Shown here: positions 8,932 through 16,952 of the stretch, in pieces
Position numbering within the stretch: position 1 is the first letter of the stretch
Layout: each line of letters starts with the position of its first letter
Assembly (NCBI GenBank): GCA_021202555.1
Contig: JAJQCT010000032.1
Location: 66,299-130,298 of the forward strand
Direction of reading: 5' to 3'
Source: Clostridiales bacterium
Lineage (GTDB): Bacteria; Bacillota; Clostridia; Oscillospirales; CAG-272
Length of the DNA: 64,000 nt
Program-made: the position numbers and the translations under genes
Notes under the pieces: generated by a model
Seen by the model: the letters and a program-made list of their open reading frames with translations, nothing else
The model's database searches: none
Told to the model about the DNA's origin: nothing

Positions 8932-9065
8932 GTTTGCTTTTATCGTGCAAAAATAAGGGGGCTTTCAGTGTGTTTTATGATGTGAAAAGCCCGATTTTGC
9001 TTTGTTTTTCGATAATTTTGCTTTTGCGCGAAGTGTCAATGCGGCAAGTGACATCCCGCAATGCC

Positions 9066-9116
9066 TCAAAAAGTGCGAAAAATATCCCCCTTGAACGTGA
9101 TTCGTCCAAGGGGGAT
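9066..9116 (-). terminator. intrinsic terminator for the small ORF at 9151-9327
   Basis: ATCCCCCTTG-N13-CAAGGGGGAT, followed on the - strand by a T-rich run. Confidence 0.55.
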
Positions 9117-9150
9117 GCTGTATTGGCGAAATACGCCAATTTGCGCATTT

Positions 9151-9327
9151 TTACTTGATTCCGAGCCATTCCTTTACTGTTTTTTCATCATATCCAACCG
9201 CTTTTGAAATCTGCTCAATCGGAATTTGCATTTTATGCAGGTTCTGGGCAGTTTCCTGCGCCTGTTCTCTCTTTTCGCTCGCGATATAATCGCGAAGCAC
9301 TTCATCCTGATCGTAAAGCTTTACCAT
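9151..9327 (-). CDS. 58-aa protein resembling the C-terminal tail of Rpn / PD-(D/E)XK transposase-like proteins (possible remnant)
   Basis: MVKLYDQDEVLRDYIASEKREQAQETAQNLHKMQIPIEQISKAVGYDEKTVKEWL. The YDQ..(I/V)(L/M)R.Y...E start and the helix-turn-helix-like end recall such tails, from memory only. The longer ORF-track model runs into the tmRNA gene. Confidence 0.4.
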   Translation of the reverse strand: MVKLYDQDEVLRDYIASEKREQAQETAQNLHKMQIPIEQISKAVGYDEKTVKEWLGIK

Positions 9328-9484
9328 TATACCGACAACCTCCTTTTCTCTGCCCGCAAGGTAGCTTTCAAGCACATTACGCACGAAATATTCCTCCCTG
9401 CGTGCGCGTCGGACTATTCCGCTCCGCGGAATAGTCCCTACTTTCATTTCTTTGCTCGCTTTGCGGGCAAAGAAATGAATCGTT

Positions 9485-9835
9485 TGGAGGCGAGGGGAAT
9501 CGAACCCCTGTCCGAAAATCTCTCCCTGTGAATTTCTCCGGGCGCATGGCACCGAAAATCTCCCGCCGAGGCACACGATGCCCAAAGCACCTCGGGGAAA
9601 GCGCTTTAATGCGTGACCGCTTCAAGCGCGAAACGGCGGTTCACGTTCACCACAGTCGTGACGCCCGATATGAGGTCGTGGTCCCCCTCATAAAGGACGC
9701 GCCGCACTTAGGCAGCGAGTGCTAATTCTTCGTCGTTAGCAGTTAAAGTTTTAATTGGAGCCGTATTTAAGAACTTGCCCCATGCTCTGCCCGCTTATCA
9801 CCTATCAAAATCCCCGTCGAAACCTTTACGCCCCC
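9485..9835 (-). ncRNA. ssrA: tmRNA (SsrA), tag reading frame ANDEELALAA-stop
   Basis: 5' GGGGGCGTAAAGGTTTCGACGGGG. 3' tRNA-like end GGGGTTCGATTCCCCTCGCCTCCA. Tag GCTAACGACGAAGAATTAGCACTCGCTGCCTAA on the complement of 9708-9740. Lies 7 nt downstream of smpB. Confidence 0.93.
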
Positions 9836-9841
9836 ATTATT

Positions 9842-10330
9842 TCATCCTTTTTCGCTCATGCGCCTTGCACGCTCCATATCGCGCCGCGCCGTTTCAGCCG
9901 CCGCAGCGTCGCGCTTGTCGTAGAGCTTTTTGCCTTTGCAAAGCCCTACCTTCATCTTCACATTCGACCCCGAAAAGTAAAGCGACAGCGGAATTATCGT
10001 CATTCCCTGCTGCGTCACCTTCTCATGAAGCCGCATTATCTCGCGCTTATGCATTAAAAGCTTCTTTTTGCGAAGCGGCTCGCGGTTGTAAATATTCCCG
10101 TTTTCGTATGGGCTTATGTGAAATCCGCAGGCGAATATCTCCCCGTCCTCAATGCGGCAGTATGAATCCTTCAGATTCACCGTCCCCGCGCGAATGCTCT
10201 TGACCTCCGTGCCGAAAAGCTCGATTCCCGCCTCGTATGTGTCGATGATGAAATATTCGTGGCGCGCGGCGCGGTTCTCCGCGATTACCCGCTCGCCGTC
10301 GTTTTTCTTTTTCCCGTCGGACATCGCCAA
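9842..10330 (-). CDS. smpB: SsrA-binding protein
   Basis: NRAARHEYFIIDTYEAGIELFGTEVKSIRAG signature. Adjacent to ssrA. Confidence 0.95.
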   Translation of the reverse strand: MAMSDGKKKNDGERVIAENRAARHEYFIIDTYEAGIELFGTEVKSIRAGTVNLKDSYCRIEDGEIFACGFHISPYENGNIYNREPLRKKKLLMHKREIMRLHEKVTQQGMTIIPLSLYFSGSNVKMKVGLCKGKKLYDKRDAAAAETARRDMERARRMSEKG

Positions 10331-10414
10331 TCCCCCGCTTTCCGTTTAATTATACACCTCATGACGTCGCTTGTCAAGTGCGATTTGTAATTTTTTTCCT
10401 CATCCTCGGCAGGC

Positions 10415-11656
10415 TCACGTTTTTTTCTTTATCGCATCCCAGTAAGCCTCGGCGGCGCGCTCCGTTTTGTTGTCGCCGAATCTGTAATATTTCTTGTCCT
10501 TCACGTCGTCGGGCAGATACTGCTGCTCAACCCAGCGATTCGGGAAATCGTGCGGGTATTTGTACCCGTCGAAAAGCGGCGCGTGAAGATGATGCGGCAC
10601 CGTCTGCCCAAGCCCCGCCTCAACGTCCGCCATCGCCGTCTCGACAGCGACACAGGCTGTGTTCGATTTCGGCGCCGTCGCGAGCATAACGGCAGCGTTT
10701 CCGAGCGGAATCTGCGCCTCGGGCATTCCGAGCTGCTTTGCCGCCTCGCAGCATGAATACGTTATCGCCGCCGCCATCGGGTACGCAGCGCCTATATCCT
10801 CGCTCGCAATTACGAGAAGCCGCCTGCATACGGAAAGAATATCGCCGCCCGCGAGAAGCCGAGCCACATAAAACACTGCGGCATCGGGGTCGGAGCCGCG
10901 AATCGATTTCTGCAGCGCCGAGAGCAAATCATAGTGAACGTCACCGTCGCGGTCAAATGAGCCGTATGACGCGGACGAGAGCGCCGCGAACGTCTCGGGC
11001 GTTATCTCCTCCTCGGCAATGTAAAACGCATTTTCAAGCAGCGTTATCCCGTGACGCACGTCCCCTGCCGCAAATGACGCAAGCTTCATAAGTGTGTCGT
11101 CGCTCGCCGTCACCGTCCGTCCCTCCTCGGCGCATAAAAAATCGAGCGCGCGGCGAAGTGCCGGCGCAAGGTCTCTCGGCTCGACGGGCTTGAATTCAAA
11201 GACGCTGCACCGTGAGAGAAGCGCCGAATAAATGGAGTAGTATGGATTTTCCGTCGTCGAGGCGATGAGGGTCACGCGCCCGTCCTCGATATATTCGAGA
11301 AGCGACTGCTGCTGCTTTTTGTTGAAATACTGAATCTCGTCAAGATAAATTAAAATCCCGCCCGCGCCGAATATATCGGAGGTTGATTTGAGCGCGCTTT
11401 TCACGTCGGACAGCGTCGCCGTCGTCGCGTTGAATCTGTAAATCTTCATCTCGGCGTGCTTCGCGACGATTTCGGCTGCGGTCGTCTTTCCCGTGCCCGC
11501 GGGACCCGAGAAAATCATGTTCGTCACGCGCCCCGCATCAATGAGGCGGCGAAGCGCGCCGTGACTTCCCAGAAGATGGCGCTGACCGACCATTTCGTCG
11601 AAGCTTTGGGGACGAACTGCGTCCGCGAGCGAGCGATTTCTCATATTTTTAACCAT
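10415..11656 (-). CDS. rarA: replication-associated recombination protein A (AAA+ ATPase)
   Basis: Walker A GPAGTGKTT. Walker B IYLDEIQYFNK. MgsA C-terminal block (LHAPLFDGYKYPHDFP). Confidence 0.92.
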   Translation of the reverse strand: MVKNMRNRSLADAVRPQSFDEMVGQRHLLGSHGALRRLIDAGRVTNMIFSGPAGTGKTTAAEIVAKHAEMKIYRFNATTATLSDVKSALKSTSDIFGAGGILIYLDEIQYFNKKQQQSLLEYIEDGRVTLIASTTENPYYSIYSALLSRCSVFEFKPVEPRDLAPALRRALDFLCAEEGRTVTASDDTLMKLASFAAGDVRHGITLLENAFYIAEEEITPETFAALSSASYGSFDRDGDVHYDLLSALQKSIRGSDPDAAVFYVARLLAGGDILSVCRRLLVIASEDIGAAYPMAAAITYSCCEAAKQLGMPEAQIPLGNAAVMLATAPKSNTACVAVETAMADVEAGLGQTVPHHLHAPLFDGYKYPHDFPNRWVEQQYLPDDVKDKKYYRFGDNKTERAAEAYWDAIKKKT

Positions 11657-11802
11657 GACTTTCGCGTCAGCGAAAGCTTCCTTTCATTCGGAATTGTGTC
11701 CGATTCCGCTTTGCGGAATCGCTACGTTCCGCGCAGCGGAATCGTTTGCGAAGGACACAAAACGTGGAGTTTGAAAGATTTATCTTTCAAACTTTCCCTC
11801 CT
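11653..11802 (-). repeat. type-3 modular hairpin leader, copy 2, ending at the rarA start codon
   Basis: Its reverse complement matches 2971-3099 in both flanks. The core holds two TTCCGC-N3/4-GCGGAATCG hairpins enclosed by GTGTCC/GGACAC. Confidence 0.85.
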
Positions 11803-11861
11803 TAAAAAATTGCCGTGAACGGAAAAGGCACTGCGGCAATCACCGCAGCACCTTTTCTGTA

Positions 11862-11934
11862 CGCGCCCTAAAGGATTCGAACCTTCGACCTACCGGTTCG
11901 TAGCCGGGCACTCTATCCGCTGAGCTAAGGGCGC
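11862..11934 (-). tRNA. tRNA-Arg (anticodon ACG)
   Basis: Cloverleaf read by hand: acceptor GCGCCCT/AGGGCGC, anticodon loop CUACGAA, T-arm GAAGG-TTCGAAT-CCTTT. CCA is not encoded. Confidence 0.9.
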
Positions 11935-12119
11935 ACGCTTTCTCAAGCATTTAATATTATATCACGTTTTTTTCGGTTGTCAAGGGGTAAATCGAAAAAA
12001 ATCAAAATTTTTGTTTCGCAGGCTTTCGCCCCGTTGTGATTTACCGCAATTTTACCGTTTTGTTTACAGTTTGTTCGCACATATTCGCGCCGCGTGTGGT
12101 ACAATATCAGCGTAATGAT

Positions 12120-12138
12120 TCGATACTGATAGTATCGA
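12120..12138. promoter_or_regulatory. 19-bp perfect palindrome TCGATACT-GAT-AGTATCGA (candidate operator)
   Basis: Sits between a TGgTACAAT extended -10 (12097-12105) and the RBS of the SDR gene. Confidence 0.45.
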
Positions 12139-12158
12139 TTGAGAAAAGGAGATTTTTT

Positions 12159-12899
12159 ATGAAAACAGCAATTATTACAGGCGGCTCCCGCGGAATCGGC
12201 GAGGCGATGACGCTGAAGCTCGGCGAGATGGGCTATAACGTAGTCATCAACTATCGCTCCGAAAGCTCAAAGGCTCTCACGGAGAAGCTCGTGGCGACGC
12301 TCAGCGAAAAATACGGCGTTGAAGGGTACGCGGTGCGCGCGGACGTTTCAAAATATGAGGACTGTGGCGCGCTCGTCAAGGCTGCTGTCGAGAAATTCGG
12401 CGAGAAGATTGACGTTCTCGTAAATAACGCGGGAATCACGAACAATTCGCCCTTCTGCGAGCTTTCGCACGACAGCTACATGGCTGTTATCGAGACGAAT
12501 ATGTTAAGCGCGTTCCATATGTGCCACTTCGTCGTGCCTTATATGGTAAAGGCGAACGAGGGCTGCGTCATCAGCACGTCCTCAATCGGCGGCTTGATGG
12601 GAGTTGCCAATCAGGCTGACTACTGCGCTTCCAAGTCGGGCTTAATCGGAATGACAAGAGCGCTCGCTATGGAATTCGGCAAGCAGAACATCCGCTTCAA
12701 CTGCATTTGCCCCGGCATGATCTGGACTGATATGCTCCGCGGCGTGAATCAGGACGAGGTCGCGGCGCTCGCGCAGTCAATCCCCGCCGGAAAAATCGGC
12801 GACGTCGATGACATCGCAAACGCAATGGAGTTCCTCATCAAGGATAAGTATATGACGGGACAGTACGTTTCGCCGAACGGCGGAATTTATATGCCGTAA
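12159..12899 (+). CDS. short-chain dehydrogenase/reductase, FabG-like
   Basis: TGGSRGIG cofactor motif, NNAG, and catalytic S...YCASK. Start moved to the ATG that has an AAAGGAG RBS. Confidence 0.85.
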   Translation: MKTAIITGGSRGIGEAMTLKLGEMGYNVVINYRSESSKALTEKLVATLSEKYGVEGYAVRADVSKYEDCGALVKAAVEKFGEKIDVLVNNAGITNNSPFCELSHDSYMAVIETNMLSAFHMCHFVVPYMVKANEGCVISTSSIGGLMGVANQADYCASKSGLIGMTRALAMEFGKQNIRFNCICPGMIWTDMLRGVNQDEVAALAQSIPAGKIGDVDDIANAMEFLIKDKYMTGQYVSPNGGIYMP

Positions 12900-12967
12900 G
12901 CGCATTATTGTCAAGGTATTATAGCTAAATTTGAGCCGATTGAAAATTTCAATCGGCTCGTCTTTTA

Positions 12968-14404
12968 TTAAATTCCGTATTCTTTCCTCGCCCCGCGGCG
13001 CATGATTAGATAGAATACAGCGGCGACCGCCGTCACAGCTGCTGCGGCAGCGCATACGGCAAGGTAAACCTTTCCCGTCGGGATGACGGTTTCGATTGAT
13101 GTTACATCCGACGGATTTATCATCTCAACGAAAAACTCATCCGTAACCTCAATGCGGCAGCTTCCCGAAAAGACGCAGTTTCTGATGTAAAATGTCTCAT
13201 CCTCTCCCGTTTCCTCATTTGTGTATCTCCACTCCTCAAATTCAAGCGTCAGAGTATATGTCCCGTCATCGACGGATACCGCCTCCGTGCCGTAAAGCCC
13301 GGCATATTCAAGCAGCTCGTCAATTTCCTCCTCCCCGCTCCCGCTTTTGAATGTATACGCCTCAATATTTCCCGTTCGCGTGAGGCTTGAGGTCTCACAG
13401 CCCTCCGTCTCGACCGTGTATCTTTCGGCAAAATCATATTCTGTATCATGCTCCGCCCTCTCATACCCGAATTTGTCGAAAAGCGCGCACTCCTCCATGA
13501 AATCGACAAATTCTCCCGTCGTCAGAAACGTCTGATACGAGCCGTATGTCGTCGTCACCGCGTTTTTGTTGACAAACGCCGCTGTAATGATGAAAGCTGT
13601 TAAAAGAAGCACCAAAACCGACGCCGCGAGCGTACACGCCTTGCGCGGGAGTATATATTTATTGTAGCTCCGCTCGTTTTCTGAATAAAAGCTGCGGTGT
13701 CCCTTGCCGTATGTAAGCGCAAGCGCCATTAAAATAACCACGAGCAGCGCGAAGGGCAGACCGTACATAAAGGTCCGAAGGAGCGGCGGGGCATAATTGT
13801 CCTCAACAAACAAATAAGGGATGAGAAGCGCCGCCTCCACGGCTGCCGCCGACCTTATTATGAAATTTTTCACGTACAGCTCGCGGCAAAGCCCGCTTAT
13901 TCCCTCCTCGTTTATATCCTCTCCCGCAAGCGAGAGATTTGTGCGCGACGACGACACCGCGTTCACCGTCACGGCGGCAATGATGAAAACGAGCGCGGCA
14001 AAATATCCGGCGCGCCCTCTGTAAAGCACGTATGTGCAGAAAATCTCAGAGATGAGCGCAAGCGCCAGCAGCGCCGCCGATACCTCCGCCGATGTCACAA
14101 AGCGTCCCCGCTCGCGCGCAAGCATATATTCAAGATTTTTGCGGTATCGCCGCGATTCGGCACCCTCGCCCGCCTCATCGTCCCTTTTGCGCTCTCCCGC
14201 GATTATCTCGTCGCACGTAACACCGTAAAGCTCCGCTATTGCGGGAAGCATACTTATATCGGGACATGACGCGCCCCTCTCCCAGCTCGACACGGTTTTA
14301 TTTGAAATCAGAAGCCTGTTGGCGACCTCCTGCTGCGTGTATCCCTTTGATTTTCTCATGGCGGCTAAAAAATCGCCCATGACGTTGACTCGCTCTTCCT
14401 GCAT
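12968..14404 (-). CDS. membrane-tethered XRE-family HTH regulator with extracytoplasmic domain
   Basis: N-terminal HTH_3 (KGYTQQEVANRLLISNKTVSSWERG). About 5 TM segments, an approximately 190-aa acidic extracellular region, and a C-terminal TM. An alternative start at MGDF (14380) is possible. Confidence 0.7.
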   Translation of the reverse strand: MQEERVNVMGDFLAAMRKSKGYTQQEVANRLLISNKTVSSWERGASCPDISMLPAIAELYGVTCDEIIAGERKRDDEAGEGAESRRYRKNLEYMLARERGRFVTSAEVSAALLALALISEIFCTYVLYRGRAGYFAALVFIIAAVTVNAVSSSRTNLSLAGEDINEEGISGLCRELYVKNFIIRSAAAVEAALLIPYLFVEDNYAPPLLRTFMYGLPFALLVVILMALALTYGKGHRSFYSENERSYNKYILPRKACTLAASVLVLLLTAFIITAAFVNKNAVTTTYGSYQTFLTTGEFVDFMEECALFDKFGYERAEHDTEYDFAERYTVETEGCETSSLTRTGNIEAYTFKSGSGEEEIDELLEYAGLYGTEAVSVDDGTYTLTLEFEEWRYTNEETGEDETFYIRNCVFSGSCRIEVTDEFFVEMINPSDVTSIETVIPTGKVYLAVCAAAAAVTAVAAVFYLIMRRGARKEYGI

Positions 14405-14550
14405 AAATACCTCCGAAACAAAAACTCAATTTCGCCGCGGCGTGCCGGCGACACTCTGATTCTAACCCTGCGGGACAAAAAAATCAACCCGAGATACATA
14501 GAATATGTCGCGCATCCTTAGAATTTCCGCCAAAAGCCCCCTTTTCACGC

Positions 14551-14592
14551 AAAAACCCCGCCGTTTTTTATAAAAAACAGCGGGGTAATTTT
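14551..14592 (-). terminator. intrinsic terminator after the EEP gene
   Basis: CCCCGC..GCGGGG stem with a T-run on the - strand. Confidence 0.6.
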
Positions 14593-14643
14593 TCGCGTCA
14601 GCAAGCTTTGCGATAAACAAATGGCAAAGCACGCTTCTTTTTT

Positions 14644-15486
14644 TTAGTTTTCCTCGGTGCCGCTCAATTCAAAGCGCGCCGCGACGGGATAGTGGTCTGA
14701 AAGCCACACACCGTCATGCTCGTCCCGCCACAGCTCACACTCGCCAAGAGGTTTCAGCCCGCGGCAAAGCCTGCTTTGCTCCCGCGCGTCCTTCAGAAAA
14801 ATGAAGTCGATTTTGTCGCACCTTTTTCCGTATTCGTGAAACGTGCCGCCCGTTCCCTTTGTTATACACACAAATTCGGGGTGATTTGCCATTTCATGTC
14901 CCTCTGGCGTTTCGGGGTCTGATGCATCCGCGTTGAAATCCCCCGCGAGAATGAGCGGAACCTCGGGAAGAAGCTTCATCTGCGATATTCTTTCAAATAT
15001 CACACGGAGCTGCTCGACCCGCGCGCCCATATGGTCAAGGTGCAGGCTCATCACGCGCAGCGCGCAGCCATGGGCAGTATCAAAAAGAAGCGTTTCCGTG
15101 ACGGCGCGCGGACATTCGGACTGCATGGGAGAGCATCCCGCCGCACTTTTTTCAAACCGCGAGCCGGGAATATCCGGCGTCGGCGACAGCCAGAAGGTGT
15201 CGGCGGCGATTACGTCAAATCTCTGCTTTTTTATCAGAATCGAGGTTGCCTCATCGCCAAGAGAGGCGCTTCTGTGGCATCCGAGAAGTATATACTCGGG
15301 AAATTCGCATTTCAGCCATGCGCCGACGTGCGGCAGCACCTCCTGAAAGCAAATGATGTCGGGGCTCTCATCGTTTATCTTTTTTGTTATCCCGGGCTTG
15401 CGGCGTGAGAACACATTCTCCCCGTCCTGCCCGAAATCGCACCGTATGTTGAACGATACGATTTTCAATTCCTTCACTTTACTCAA
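14644..15486 (-). CDS. endonuclease/exonuclease/phosphatase (EEP) family protein
   Basis: IVSFNIR, CFQEV, LAGDFNA and SDHYPV motifs. The start overlaps the MORN gene stop by 4 nt. Confidence 0.8.
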   Translation of the reverse strand: MSKVKELKIVSFNIRCDFGQDGENVFSRRKPGITKKINDESPDIICFQEVLPHVGAWLKCEFPEYILLGCHRSASLGDEATSILIKKQRFDVIAADTFWLSPTPDIPGSRFEKSAAGCSPMQSECPRAVTETLLFDTAHGCALRVMSLHLDHMGARVEQLRVIFERISQMKLLPEVPLILAGDFNADASDPETPEGHEMANHPEFVCITKGTGGTFHEYGKRCDKIDFIFLKDAREQSRLCRGLKPLGECELWRDEHDGVWLSDHYPVAARFELSGTEEN

Positions 15487-16367
15487 AGCTCGTCGTTTTC
15501 GCTCGCCGTCGTGTCGGTGACGGTGCTTGTGTCCTCCGTTTCCTCATCATCGCTGCCTGCAGAGCGCACGATTACGCCGTTTTCAAAATATCCCGTGTAA
15601 ACTCTCCCCGACGGCCATGTGTACGTTCCCTCGCCGTTCGGCAGATTGTTGAGAAATGCTCCCGTGTAGCTCTCGCCGTTCACCCATGTGTACGTTCCCG
15701 TCCCCGAGCGCACGTCATTTTTGTATTCGCCCTCGTAAACGTCTCCGTTCACGTATGTGTAAACGCCGTAGCCCTCCTTGATGTTCGCGGAAAATTCGCC
15801 GAGATACGAGCTGCCGTCCGTCCAGTAATATTCGCCGTAGCCGTCCTTTTTGTCGTCGGAAAAGCCGCCCTCATATATGCTGCCGTCAGCCCATGTGTAC
15901 TTTCCCTCGCCCTCCTTGACGCCCGAGACGAAATCGCCCTCATAAACGTCGCCGTTTGTGTATGTGTAAACGCCCGTTCCCGTCAGCTCGTCATTCAAAA
16001 ATTCTCCGACGTAAACGTCTCCCGAATTGTACGAGAGCCGTCCCTGACCGTTTCGCAGAAGATTTTCAATCTCACCGACGTAAACGTCGCCGTTTGAATA
16101 CGTTATCGAATTTGTTTCGGCGTCAAGCTCGCCCGTTATGCCGCTCGGGTATGTTATGCTCCCCGAATAAGGCACGCCGTCCGAATCGACGACACCGAGA
16201 AATTTAATGTACTGCGTCTCCCCGTCAACAACGTCGGTCGCAATTCTGATATATCGATAGCCCGCCGCGTAAATCACCGCGAAGGTGACTGTGACGGCGA
16301 CAGCAGCAATCACGAATATTACCGCAATTACGACAAACGGCGAGGTGGGTCGTTTTCCTCTTGCCAT
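15483..16367 (-). CDS. membrane-anchored MORN-repeat protein
   Basis: N-terminal TM segment, then about 8 repeats of Y.G.(F/W).(N/D)G...G.G, then an acidic tail. Confidence 0.8.
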   Translation of the reverse strand: MARGKRPTSPFVVIAVIFVIAAVAVTVTFAVIYAAGYRYIRIATDVVDGETQYIKFLGVVDSDGVPYSGSITYPSGITGELDAETNSITYSNGDVYVGEIENLLRNGQGRLSYNSGDVYVGEFLNDELTGTGVYTYTNGDVYEGDFVSGVKEGEGKYTWADGSIYEGGFSDDKKDGYGEYYWTDGSSYLGEFSANIKEGYGVYTYVNGDVYEGEYKNDVRSGTGTYTWVNGESYTGAFLNNLPNGEGTYTWPSGRVYTGYFENGVIVRSAGSDDEETEDTSTVTDTTASENDEL

Positions 16368-16386
16368 ACTGTGTTATCTCCCTTTT

Positions 16387-16935
16387 TCACGAAAAATAGA
16401 TTCCGATATAATTGTCGAGAAGCTGTAGCAGCTCGGGTACGAGGAAAAGCACTCCGAACGCCGCGGCGGCGAGTATTACAATCGTTACGATAAGCGATAT
16501 TATATTCGTTCCCCGACGCGAATATCTCACCTCCGCACGGTATTTCAGCTCCTCGGGAATATAAAATCTCGCCGTCTCAAAGTCGATTATGTCATGCCCT
16601 CCGCGCGATTTTTTCGGCACCACGGGATTTCCGTTCTCGTCCGGCGCGTCAACGCGGCTCACAAACCGCAAAAGCACCGTATTTGTGCGAAGCGCGCTCC
16701 TGACGAATCTGTCAGTCCCGTAGCCAAGCTCCGTTATGGTTTTCGCGCTCGCCTCATCGAAGCATTCGTTTGACAAAATCGCCTTGACAAAGCCCCCGAT
16801 AAGCCCCTTGTTGTAGACTGCCATCAGCGAGGCGACCGCAAAGCCGATAAAAAGCCCCCACACGACGACCTCAAGTGACTCTGTCGGATAGGAAATATTG
16901 ACGTAATCGTATAAAAGCGCACTTTCCATTTCCAA
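16387..16935 (-). CDS. hypothetical membrane protein (2 TM)
   Basis: Hydrophobic segments at both ends. Tightly packed after serS. No motif recognised. Confidence 0.55.
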   Translation of the reverse strand: MEMESALLYDYVNISYPTESLEVVVWGLFIGFAVASLMAVYNKGLIGGFVKAILSNECFDEASAKTITELGYGTDRFVRSALRTNTVLLRFVSRVDAPDENGNPVVPKKSRGGHDIIDFETARFYIPEELKYRAEVRYSRRGTNIISLIVTIVILAAAAFGVLFLVPELLQLLDNYIGIYFS

Positions 16936-16952
16936 GCTCCCCGGAATCTGCC

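Noticed and set aside
6241-9484. An intact prophage or integrative element at the tmRNA gene
   Set aside because: No integrase, excisionase or phage genes are present, and no direct repeat of the ssrA 3' end was found by eye. It is reported only as a possibly decayed accessory segment.
9328-9585. N-terminal 86 codons of the 144-aa ORF-track model at 9151-9585
   Set aside because: That part overlaps the 3' tRNA-like domain of tmRNA (9485-9835) and has no protein-like features. Only the last 58 codons, which have their own Met and terminator, were kept.
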